Shown one piece after another: positions 22,821-32,450 of a stretch of 64,000 nucleotides of DNA. Source of the stretch: Savitreella phatthalungensis (taxonomy: Eukaryota). Position 1 is the stretch's first letter; the number at the start of each line of letters is the position of its first letter. The position numbers and the translations under genes were made by a program. The notes under the pieces are model-generated. The model worked only from the letters and a program-made list of their open reading frames with translations. It was not told the origin of the DNA and ran no database searches. The DNA lies in NCBI GenBank assembly GCA_051599415.1, contig AP039715.1, positions 186,001-250,000 of the forward strand. The letters run 5' to 3'.

Positions 22821-22844
22821 ATTGATTGATTGATTGATTGATTG
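22821..22844. repeat. (ATTG)6 tetranucleotide repeat
   Basis: Perfect tandem ATTG upstream of YVC1. Confidence 0.85.
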
Positions 22845-23146
22845 GAATTGATGAAGAGTCGCGTCACATGTTTTTTCAGTATTTCTCCAATTCAGTCACG
22901 AGCAAGCAGCCATTCGGTACGTGAATCATATCCTCGGTCATTGCGGGGAGGAGCCTAAAACACCGGGGTCAGGAAAAGACCTAGCTTTGTGCTACAAAAC
23001 AGCAGCAGCTACTTCTGCAAAGAGTCCCATCGAGCAAGCCTAAGCAGTCGCTTTGAGCAGTCAGCCTGTCAGTCAGTCAGTCCCCTTTGCAGACTATCGG
23101 ACTTCAAGTAGAGCCAAGCAGCTTCTCTTACTCTGTTGTATTCAAA

Positions 23147-24043
23147 ATGCTTTGTCGAAGATCTTTCTCTACGTCCAGGCAGATCCTTAGAGATGTCAAC
23201 CGAGCGGGTGTCCTCGGCGGTGGTCAGATGGGGCTCGGCATCGCCATCGTCGCTGCAAATGTGGGCAACGTTCCAATCACGCTGGTCGATACATCTGAAG
23301 GTGCACTGAAGAAGGGTCAGGCATTCATGAACAAACTGCTGGAAAAGGATGTGGCCAAGGGAAAGATCTCGACCGAGCAGGCAGACAAGACTCGCTCCCT
23401 GATTGCCTTCACTACAAACTTCGACGACTTCAGCAAGTGCGACTTTGTGGTTGAAGCTATTCCAGAAATCCCACAGCTCAAGTTTGACACTTTTAAGCGG
23501 CTAGCGGAAATCTGCCCATCCGACGCCATTCTCGCCTCCAACACCTCCTCCATCTCCATTACGAAGATAGCGAACGCAGCACGTGGAGCAGAAGATCGCG
23601 TCGTCGGCTTTCATCTGATGAACCCAGTGCCTGTGATGAAAGGTATGGAGGTGATTGAAGGCCTCCAGACCTCCCCAGAGACCCTTGAGACCGCATTGGC
23701 ATTCGGCAAGCGGATGGGCAAGATTGTCTCTCGCTCTGCTGATTCTCCTGGCTTCCTCGCGAACAGACTGCTCATGCCTTACCTGAACGAGGCAATCATC
23801 GCGCTCGAGACAGGTGTTGGCAAGGCTGAAGATATCGACAACATTATGAAGAACGGTTGCTCGATGCCAATGGGACCTCTAGCCCTCGCCGACTTTATCG
23901 GTCTAGACACCTGTCTGGCCATCATGCGCGTCCTCTATGGTGAGACTGCAGACTCGAAGTACAGGCCTGCAATCCTGTTGGGTAAAATGGTCGACGCTGG
24001 ATGGTTGGGCAAGAAGTCAGGCAAGGGCTTCTATGACTACTAG
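23147..24043 (+). CDS. 3-hydroxybutyryl-CoA / 3-hydroxyacyl-CoA dehydrogenase, probably mitochondrial
   Basis: GGGQMGLGIA (Rossmann), VVEAIPE, LASNTSSISIT, FHLMNPVPVM, PGFLANR and ADFIGLDT. The ATG at 23147 starts the presequence-like MLCRRSFSTSRQ. Confidence 0.93.
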   Translation: MLCRRSFSTSRQILRDVNRAGVLGGGQMGLGIAIVAANVGNVPITLVDTSEGALKKGQAFMNKLLEKDVAKGKISTEQADKTRSLIAFTTNFDDFSKCDFVVEAIPEIPQLKFDTFKRLAEICPSDAILASNTSSISITKIANAARGAEDRVVGFHLMNPVPVMKGMEVIEGLQTSPETLETALAFGKRMGKIVSRSADSPGFLANRLLMPYLNEAIIALETGVGKAEDIDNIMKNGCSMPMGPLALADFIGLDTCLAIMRVLYGETADSKYRPAILLGKMVDAGWLGKKSGKGFYDY

Positions 24044-24295
24044 GGTGACCTCTAATTCTCTGTGCACATAGGAACTCCCTCCAACGCAAGGTTTTGCTTG
24101 TGACCGTTGAAGAGAGGGACCTCAATAGCAATCAAAGTCTTCACCGTTCCCCATTGCTCTCATGATCGAGCCAAGGTCGAGATGCATTGCCATTCCCTTG
24201 TTCACCATGCCTGGAATATGTAGCCGTTGCAATGATGATAAATACACAGACTACCGGCTCCGCGCTCACATGCCAATTCACAATTTTCTCTACGC

Positions 24296-24994
24296 ATGAC
24301 ACCACAACCCTTCAGTCTGCCCTCTCCCGACTCTGATCAAGACGCACGCACATGCAGAGTCCTCCTTGGCTGTACTGGATCTGTCGCTTCGGTCAAGGCA
24401 GCTCCGCTATGTGAACGCCTGCTCGCGCCTTTTCCTGAAACCAACATCCGGTTCGAGGTTGTGGTAGTGGCCTCGGACACGGCGTTGCGGTTCATTGACA
24501 CGGCCTCCCTACCTTCGGGTGTCCGACTGTACACGGACTCCGACGAGTGGCGCTCCTTCACGCGCGTCGGCGATCCGATCTTGCATATCGAATTGCGGCG
24601 GTGGGCGGATGTATGTGTGGTTGCGCCTGCGAGTGCCAATACGCTTGCCAAGCTGGCAGCTGGAATGTGCGATACCTTGCTGCTCGAGACCCTTCGTGCT
24701 TGGCCTCACGACCTCGAAACATCTCACCCGTCCAAACCAGTGCTGATCTGCCCGGCCATGAACACCCATATGTACGAACACCCACTCACTCGGAAACATC
24801 TCGACACTCTCACTAATGACCTCGGGTACGAGATTCTCGGCCCGATTGCCAAGATGCTCGCCTGTGGTGATCTCGGCATTGGTGGGATGACTGAAGTCGA
24901 TGACATCGTCCAACGCATTAGAGTACTCGCCAGCACAGTAGTCGCCGCGCGCGACCTGGCCACAGCCACAACGACCATCAACGACATCGCATGA
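24296..24994 (+). CDS. phosphopantothenoylcysteine decarboxylase (HFCD/Hal3 flavoprotein)
   Basis: LLGCTGSVASVK, LHIELRRWAD, APASANTLAK, PAMNTHMY and LACGDLG.GGM motifs. Confidence 0.93.
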   Translation: MTPQPFSLPSPDSDQDARTCRVLLGCTGSVASVKAAPLCERLLAPFPETNIRFEVVVVASDTALRFIDTASLPSGVRLYTDSDEWRSFTRVGDPILHIELRRWADVCVVAPASANTLAKLAAGMCDTLLLETLRAWPHDLETSHPSKPVLICPAMNTHMYEHPLTRKHLDTLTNDLGYEILGPIAKMLACGDLGIGGMTEVDDIVQRIRVLASTVVAARDLATATTTINDIA

Positions 24995-25085
24995 CATGAT
25001 ATGACACAGTACGATCAACTCCATCTATAGGATTTAAATGAGTATATACATACGCGGTATTTTGTACTTTTTCCGGTCAGTGAGA

Positions 25086-27887
25086 CTAAGAAAGCTGGCC
25101 TTCGATGACGGATGCAAGAACTTGTCGCTCTCTGGCGTTCAATGCTTCGACGATGCCCGGTTGTGATAGGGATGATGCATGCTGTTTGAGGAAGGTGAGG
25201 ATGTAGTCCTTTGTGACGATGTCTTTCAGCGGGTCGCTTTCGTCTTCTGTCTTGTCAGACCCGACTGCGCCATCGAGGCGATCGAGTTCAGCTTCATCGA
25301 GCTGCGCTTCATCAATCACTTTCGCCACGTCCGTCTGATCCCACTCGTCATCTGACACCAGCTCTTCCTCGTCCTCATCAGCTCGGTTGCCTTCTTGTTC
25401 GTTGATGAGCTCGCCAACGAGCAGCTTGACGATCTTGACAGGCAGACTGACTTGAGTGAATTGGTCGGGCGTATTCTTGGCGCGTGATCGAGTCATGATC
25501 CGACCGGAAGTGTCTGGAATTAGATCGCCTTTGACGACGACGTTGTTGAGGGAGACATGTCCTGTGGCGAGGATGCTAGCGAGACCGACGATTGAAGATC
25601 GAATGCCTGCATAGCCGTGCAGGTCCCCACAACCCTCACACCAGGCAGACATCACCCGCGACAGTGCTTGATTCGAGTCGTCCAGCCCAGCTAGGAAATC
25701 AACAAGCGGACCTGGTTGAGAGGCCGCCACGCTCGCAAACACCTGCACAAGCCCCTGCTGGAAGTGCGGCGATGGCGGCGGTTGTCGAGCGAACAGACCG
25801 ACGAGGACTTTGAGAAGTTGTGGGAGGATCTGCGATACAAGCTCCGGTCCTGCGCGACGGAGCAACGTGATCAACAGCTGCGGGACGTAAGCGCACACAC
25901 TCTCGTCTTCGGTCGATAGAGCTCTTGCGACGATGTCCAGCAGGTCGTCCACGTGACCGCCGGCGACAACCTGAGGCCATGCCTTGGCGACCAAGTTGCG
26001 CAAGATCTCATGTGCGGTCTGCTGCTCCTCGACGTCCAGGTCGCGCATGTGGAACATTGGCCACAACGTCGTTACAAAGCCGTCCGGCAAGGACGTCTGC
26101 GAGCTGCCTTCCACGAGACCGTTCAAGATGTCCATCGCAACCGCACGCAGCTCAGGCTGCCCGCTGATGGCAGAGAAGAGAATTGGCAGGACAGCATTAC
26201 ACAATGCTGTGAAGTCGACGCTACCTGCAAGTTGTTCGAAAATATCGACGACTGTGCTCGTTAGGCTGATGTCGCCTGGATTACGCGACAGGATGGCGAA
26301 AAGGGTCGGAAGAGGCGTCTCCTGCTCCTGTAGCACGATGCTCGGCTTCAGTGAGATGACAGGCCCTATCGTTTCTGATACCATGAGCAGCGCAGATGCA
26401 GGATATGAGCTCACGCCTTCCGATATCGTCCTCAAAATGGACGATTGCTTGTCTCGCACCTCGTTCTCAAAGGAATCTGCAAACTTGGACAGCGCCTTGA
26501 TCGCGCATAGTCGAACGACCGTAACATCGCTTGTTGCCAGCTGGACGACCGTGTCAAGCGATGCCACGTTTCCAATCTGAGCGGCATAGATCGAGCCGCG
26601 GCCCTTAAGGAAGGGATTTTGTGACGCCAGTGCGATACGAAGGACGTGATCGCTGCCATCAGTCTTGTGAACAAGGGAGCTCAATAAGAACAGCAGGGCT
26701 TCCTGCCGCCGATGCGATTCAGACTTTGCAAACTCCTCGCTGACAAGACTGTTTATCTTCGCCTCAAACCACTCCGAATTGACCTTTTGCAGATCCTCAA
26801 GCAAATCACAGCATAAGTGGCGTGTTGTAAAGGCTGTTTCTTCCAGGTCCTCGACAAAATTATCGGCATCCGCTTCCCAATCGTCCTGAATCGTCTGTGT
26901 GATCTGAGCAAACTTTAGACTGAGCGCAACACATCCGTCAAAGACCTCCCTGCGTTGCAACACCTCTTGCACGATAATCTTGGCCTGAATGGCTTTCCGG
27001 ATGAATTCGACCTGAAGGCCAGTGTAGCGCGTGGAGAATTCATCCTCGTTCTGTAAGCCCTCGAGAACATGGAAGACTGGCCAGAACAAAGCTGGCATGT
27101 AAGGGGCAAGCTGCGATGGGAAAAGCAGACGAAGCTTAAGAATCGTGCTAATTGCCTTGCTACGCAGCTCTGGGTGTGCATCCGTCTGTGAAATTGCCGT
27201 AGAGATCGTCTCCAGCCATGGCGGCAATGCACGATCAACAAAGGTGCGAATGGCGTCACGCCGTGTAGCGGTGAGCATTTCAAGCATGTCAAGGCATGAC
27301 ATGAATATGTCGACCGCCTGAGCACGAATCTCTCCTGGCTGTTGACCTCGCTCATCTCTGGCGATCAGCAGAAGATGATGGACAAGATTCTGTGCTATTG
27401 GCACAAATTGCTCTTCGCTCATGCCGTCCTCAACAAAGTCTTTCATGACGACGAGAGCGCCTTCGAGCCATGCGCGGGAAGGAGGCCGCGCCAGAACTCC
27501 CATGAGATCGTCTAGTACAGTGGTCCATTCCTCAGGATAGTCACATGAGATGATTTTGCTGGTGATGAAGGCAGCTTGCAGGCGCACAGGCCTCTCGTTG
27601 TCTCCTGCGAGCTCGAAGATCTGATGTCTTAGAACGTGCTTGTGCTCTTCCGGACACGCATGCGTTGGACCAGCCCATTCCGAAAGATGCGGCGACCATG
27701 ACTTGAGGACGTAATTCTTCAGATATACCAGAGCGGCTAGTCGCGAGGCTGCATTCTCCTGCTGCTGTCGCGCATAGTCGACTAGATCTACTGGCGAAAC
27801 TCCCGCGAGGTGTTGCTCTGCTTGAGAGCGGGCTGATGGGTCAGGACTTAGCGACGCCTCCAACAGTGGCTTCAGCGTCGTCGTCAT
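25086..27887 (-). CDS. KAP114: importin-9 / Kap114 karyopherin
   Basis: IBN_N start (LAALVYLKNYV..SWSP), DYPEEW, HEAT repeats, and GRIMTRSRAK..PDQFTQVSLPVKIVKLL plus an acidic loop characteristic of importin-9. Confidence 0.9.
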   Translation of the reverse strand: MTTTLKPLLEASLSPDPSARSQAEQHLAGVSPVDLVDYARQQQENAASRLAALVYLKNYVLKSWSPHLSEWAGPTHACPEEHKHVLRHQIFELAGDNERPVRLQAAFITSKIISCDYPEEWTTVLDDLMGVLARPPSRAWLEGALVVMKDFVEDGMSEEQFVPIAQNLVHHLLLIARDERGQQPGEIRAQAVDIFMSCLDMLEMLTATRRDAIRTFVDRALPPWLETISTAISQTDAHPELRSKAISTILKLRLLFPSQLAPYMPALFWPVFHVLEGLQNEDEFSTRYTGLQVEFIRKAIQAKIIVQEVLQRREVFDGCVALSLKFAQITQTIQDDWEADADNFVEDLEETAFTTRHLCCDLLEDLQKVNSEWFEAKINSLVSEEFAKSESHRRQEALLFLLSSLVHKTDGSDHVLRIALASQNPFLKGRGSIYAAQIGNVASLDTVVQLATSDVTVVRLCAIKALSKFADSFENEVRDKQSSILRTISEGVSSYPASALLMVSETIGPVISLKPSIVLQEQETPLPTLFAILSRNPGDISLTSTVVDIFEQLAGSVDFTALCNAVLPILFSAISGQPELRAVAMDILNGLVEGSSQTSLPDGFVTTLWPMFHMRDLDVEEQQTAHEILRNLVAKAWPQVVAGGHVDDLLDIVARALSTEDESVCAYVPQLLITLLRRAGPELVSQILPQLLKVLVGLFARQPPPSPHFQQGLVQVFASVAASQPGPLVDFLAGLDDSNQALSRVMSAWCEGCGDLHGYAGIRSSIVGLASILATGHVSLNNVVVKGDLIPDTSGRIMTRSRAKNTPDQFTQVSLPVKIVKLLVGELINEQEGNRADEDEEELVSDDEWDQTDVAKVIDEAQLDEAELDRLDGAVGSDKTEDESDPLKDIVTKDYILTFLKQHASSLSQPGIVEALNARERQVLASVIEGQLS

Positions 27888-28500
27888 GACCTCACACCCT
27901 CAAACAGCCCTCAAAATGCTTCCTCGTACTGATGCCAATGGAATGCTCGAGACGTATTCTAGCTTACGCGCCTGAAGGAGGGACGTCTCTGATGTGACTA
28001 TCACGTGTAATCTGGCGCGGAAGCTACAAAAATGCAAACGGACGCGTCTGGACTGGCACGTGCACCTTCTCTGAGCTCAGCCGCTCGGGCTCATGCCAAT
28101 GTGTGCATCTGTGCCACAAAATCATGCTATTCTAATTGAGTTCAGATTTTCAGAGAGGAGCCCCACTTTGACTATTTTTAGCATAGGGAATAGAGACATC
28201 ATCAAAGCGCCAACATGAGCTATCATGATCGCATGAGGTCTTACGCAGCTCCAAACGCGAGTCGGTCAAGTCACTCTCATGTTTTTCCTTGTCTTGACCC
28301 GCTGGCTGAAGGTTCTTGGAGGCGTTGAGGCTCATTCATATTTATACCCAGAATAGAGTCCTAGCCAGCCACCTGGACCATTTTGTGCAATGATTGTATG
28401 CGGCGATGATTTCAATCGGGCAACAGCACTCGAGCGCGTCGATGATGATGAAAGAAAGTTATTTCAGGCTGCTCGCTAGCTACGAGAACGACGCACGACA

Positions 28501-29984
28501 ATGCTGGTGTTACATGTGGCCATATTGGCCGCTAGTGCGACGGCACACATGGAAATGAGTACGGAACAGAGATATACGTAAGAGATGCGCTACTGACATG
28601 AGTAGCATGGCCATTGCCTATTCGGTCTAAATATGACAAGAGCAACAACAATCCAGATTACTCAATGACCACGCCGCTCAATGGTGCCGGGAGTGATTTC
28701 CCGTGTAAAGGATACCTATCGGACGCTTCACGCCACGTTACTGCGACCTACTATACTGGTCAGACATACAATGTCAGCCTGGCAGGCAGTGCGACTCACG
28801 GTGGTGGTTCGTGCCAGCTTTCGATCTCATACGACAATGGTGCGACATTCAAGGTCATTGAATCTATTCTCGGGGGCTGCCCACTGTCGTCCAATTACAA
28901 TTTCGCTTTGCCACACGGATTGCCCGCAGCAAAGGGCGCTATTTTTTCATGGTCATGGTTCAATAAGGTTGGCAACCGCGAAATGTATCAGAATTGTGCA
29001 CTGGTGGACATCATCGACGCTTCCAATACAGGCAGTCAAAGCACCTTGAATGCTTTACCGAACATGCAGACAGCGAATGTCGGCAAGGGTTGTAACACAG
29101 TCGAAGGGGTTGAAGCTATTCCATTTAACCCCGGACAGCAGGTGCTTTACGGAGGCGACTACAGTGCAGGATCGAGCGCTGTGGCGAACAAAGCTGGCCT
29201 AGGATTCTCAGGCTCTTGTGGAAGTGCTGCTAGTGCGCAACAGCCTCCGACAGTGGGTGGCGTTGGCGGTGGGGCAGGCAATGCGGGCACGACTCTCACA
29301 ACTACAAAATTGCCGACGACTTCATCAACCATGACATCGTCGCCGACAAGCACTCCTCCGCAAGGCACCCTTCAAGCCAGCTCGGGCACGTGCTCAGCAG
29401 GAAGTATCGCGTGCTACAGCGACGGCTATACATGGGCACTCTGCAGTGGCGGGAAGTACATCAACATGGGCAAGGTGGCCGCTGGCACAAAGTGCGTGAA
29501 TGGTGTCATCATTGCCGACTCGGGTGTACAGAACCCTGTTCCTGTTGCTGTCACTACTTCAGCGACAACATCTCCTCGTGCTGGCCGAGTTTTCAACACG
29601 GTTCCCGCCGCAGCACCAGCTCCGACGACAACTGCAACCGGCGGAACACCGTGCAAGCGCGAGTCAACGCGGTGCAAGCCGTTCAGTCTAGCATGCAGCG
29701 CTGATGGGCGATCATTCCGATTGTGTGATGACGGCTTGTGGACGAGTGAGGAGCATGATGTCGATGATGCGACTGAAATCTGCTTGGACGGCGTCGTGCG
29801 GGGCATCGCAGAAAACAGCACGAGCTTTGCGAAACTAGCGTGCTCCGGTACAGGAATCACATGTCATGATAGTGGGCGTTCATACACGATCTGCGGCTCG
29901 GCAGAAATCCTGCAACCTCCAAGCGGTATACGTTGCATCGATAGCTCTCTTGGAGGTGCCTTCGTCTTCGGCACGGTATCTTAA
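28501..29984 (+). CDS. secreted AA11-type lytic polysaccharide monooxygenase with three C-terminal Cys-rich (CBM19/X278-like) modules; join(28501..28558,28606..29984)
   Basis: Signal peptide MLVLHVAILAASATA is followed by His1 (HMEMTWP) across a 47-nt intron (GTACGG / TACTGAC / TAG). Also DFPCKGY, ATHGGGSCQLS and WSWFNKVGNREMYQNCA, Thr/Ser/Pro linkers, and three repeated Cys modules. Confidence 0.88.
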
Positions 29985-30409
29985 TGTTTGCAGAAGTGTA
30001 GAGCCTGATAATGGTGAATGGAAATAGACTACCGGCGTGTATCACAGCGGGTCGAGTGCTGGTGTCTCATCTGGCCTGAAAAAAGCTCTCTGTCAGAGAG
30101 CTTTCCAATAATAATCAGTTGACACATGCAAGCCCCGAGGTATTTATGCAATTCGAATTTGTGGATGCAGTGTGGTTGACAGGTGGCTTACGCCACATGC
30201 GCATCCTTCCTCGCATACAGATCTGGACACCTTAAAGAGGGCAAGGTTTGAAGAGGGCAAGGGTGAACGAGCAGATTAAGCCTTAGAGTTGCAGCTGGAC
30301 GTCAGAAGCGCTATTCCTGGATATGCTTCTGTCAGCGTTCGTGAATGATCTTAGCAAAGCGTTCAAGCCGCCGGCGCAAACGAAAATTTAGATGCGCAGG
30401 CGTCTGATC

Positions 30410-30416
30410 TATAAAG
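30410..30416 (+). promoter_or_regulatory. TATA box of orphan gene at 30478
   Basis: TATAAAG ending 62 nt upstream of the ATG. Confidence 0.5.
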
Positions 30417-30477
30417 AGACACTCGGACGGACGCTTGTGGACCAGCAGGAGAGTGGAATATCCACATCCCGGAACCG

Positions 30478-31440
30478 ATGCACTGTCCTTCGCCAGATAG
30501 TCCTCATCCCGACCGGGCGGCCGTGGAGGTCATGACATATCAGCACATGCCAATCGCTGCGGCTTTGATGGGCGCCGATGGATCGTTTCAATTGACTTTC
30601 GGCCGCGAGGTCAGTATCGATCGTGGATGGCAGCTGGTGTTCAAGCTCGAAAAAGACACAACGGGGACTGATGTTCGATGCGGCGAAATAGAGCCTCAAG
30701 AACTAAGGTCTATGCCGACCATGACGAGTGATTTTGACTTCGAGTGGATTTCCTATCGACTATTCTCGAATTCCAATGCTTGGACAGATTCCAAAGGCGG
30801 TGGATCGGCCCATGATCGCGACACTGAATGTTGGCGATTCTCCAAAGACTTCAGAATGGTCAAAGACCGAGTGAGGACGTTGGTGAAGCCTCCAGGAAGA
30901 AAACCGGCGATCGTCGAGGTCAAGCTCCATCAGAATCGCATCGTTGTCAGTGCTGCACCGCATGTCGAATGCAAGAACCCATCTTTAGAGCGATCTGCTA
31001 TCGATGAATCCGAGAAAGCGTGCACTGATTTGCTTTCCGACATTGGTATCATGGTCTGGTTCAAGCTGCTTGAGGTTCCCCGCGAGCATAAGTACATCAT
31101 CATCACTTCAAAAGTCGAAATGGAAAGGTCGTTGCCATACTACGCCGCGAATCAGGCTTCTGAAGAGAATCCATGTCGGCGTGTTCAGGTCCGAAGCCTA
31201 AAAATCGGTGGCTGCACCTTCAATCTCGGCATGTGCAATGGGCGGCACGCAGAACTGCATAAGCACGACGGTTTCGATCAAGTTGTTGACAGAGAATACC
31301 ACTGGATGACAACACACGTCAATGAATATGTCTTCGCCAAATCTCAACACTTTGCCGGCACTCTCTGCGCCGACTACGCTTTTTGGAATGATGAACTATT
31401 AGAGCTCATCTTACGAGCCAGAGCCACAGAAGAGCTTTAG
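30478..31440 (+). CDS. 320-aa orphan protein, candidate divergent fungal gasdermin (RCD-1/HET-Q1-like)
   Basis: Intact 963-nt ORF with an upstream TATA. Collinear motifs LTFGREV, IEP..DFEW, LER-x21-W, YIIITS and W.T...EYVFA resemble the gasdermin consensus as recalled. Gene existence is likely; the family call is unverified. Confidence 0.5.
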   Translation: MHCPSPDSPHPDRAAVEVMTYQHMPIAAALMGADGSFQLTFGREVSIDRGWQLVFKLEKDTTGTDVRCGEIEPQELRSMPTMTSDFDFEWISYRLFSNSNAWTDSKGGGSAHDRDTECWRFSKDFRMVKDRVRTLVKPPGRKPAIVEVKLHQNRIVVSAAPHVECKNPSLERSAIDESEKACTDLLSDIGIMVWFKLLEVPREHKYIIITSKVEMERSLPYYAANQASEENPCRRVQVRSLKIGGCTFNLGMCNGRHAELHKHDGFDQVVDREYHWMTTHVNEYVFAKSQHFAGTLCADYAFWNDELLELILRARATEEL

Positions 31441-32450
31441 TCGCTCCAGTGTGTGAAGTTGTCAAGCGTCCTCTCGCGTAGCTTGAGGAGACAACTGGTC
31501 AATTATCGGCTCGTGCTGCGAGCAAATTGTATACAGCCGAAGTGCCTGCCGCTCCAAACTTCTCATCATATTTCACTGCCCGAGGATGCTCTAAAGCGTC
31601 TGACTTGTTGGCGTACATATCAACGGGTCGAACTCTAGTAAAGCACGGCCAAGAAAGATCTGGAAACAATGTTAATGAACGACCCGAGATTCATGTCATA
31701 TCCAGACAAGACGCCTACATAACCTCGAAGGGCTGCATTCGTATGTAAATATATGGCTATTCGTTGAGCCTAGTTGTGCCGTTTGAACGGGCAGGCTGAG
31801 CAGCGGGCAGTCCGCTACGCGAATGTGCAGAGGCCGATGAGGGCGATCTGAAGCCGTGCCTCGTGTGTATTCGATGATATCGCGTTGCGTCGCGATTTCT
31901 TGCCGTCTCCTGAGCTTGCATCCTGCAAGTCACGCACATAGGGCTACCTAGTGCGACATCCAATGCGTTGACATATTGATACGTATTGTTGATACATATG
32001 TATTCAATTGATGTGTGGCTGATACTGCATGGCTGAAATGACTACGCCTGACCAGGGACACCCAAAGATATGCTTCCCCCTACCTGGTAGGCGAAAATCG
32101 GCGTCTCGGTTTGCCGGATGGTAGACGAGCGTACGAATAGCCAGTGGAGTTCTCTTAGTCATAAATCACTTACAGCATCGTAGAGCATTTAACGTCCGTA
32201 TTTATTTGTCAAGTACTTCCTAAGTACGCTTTACAATGTGGTATCGCTAGTCATACTTCATAGGTCGCAATGGATCGCGTCCTATATTTTCCGTGGAGTG
32301 TTCAACATGAAGACGTCAACTAGATCGCAATCATTCAAGCACATTGTATACAATCGCTGTGCGCGATTGCTTTGCCGACTGATCTCAAGTCATGGGACGA
32401 ATCAGTATTCTCTACCTCCTATAGACAAGGTGTCTGGAAAGGGTCGTTCA

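Noticed and set aside
30082..32093. Hairpins at 30082-30104 (10-bp perfect stem) and 32045-32093 (11-bp stem with a bulge) as ncRNAs or transposon ends
   Set aside because: Short isolated stems with no matching partner, target-site duplication or RNA-family motif; compatible with chance.
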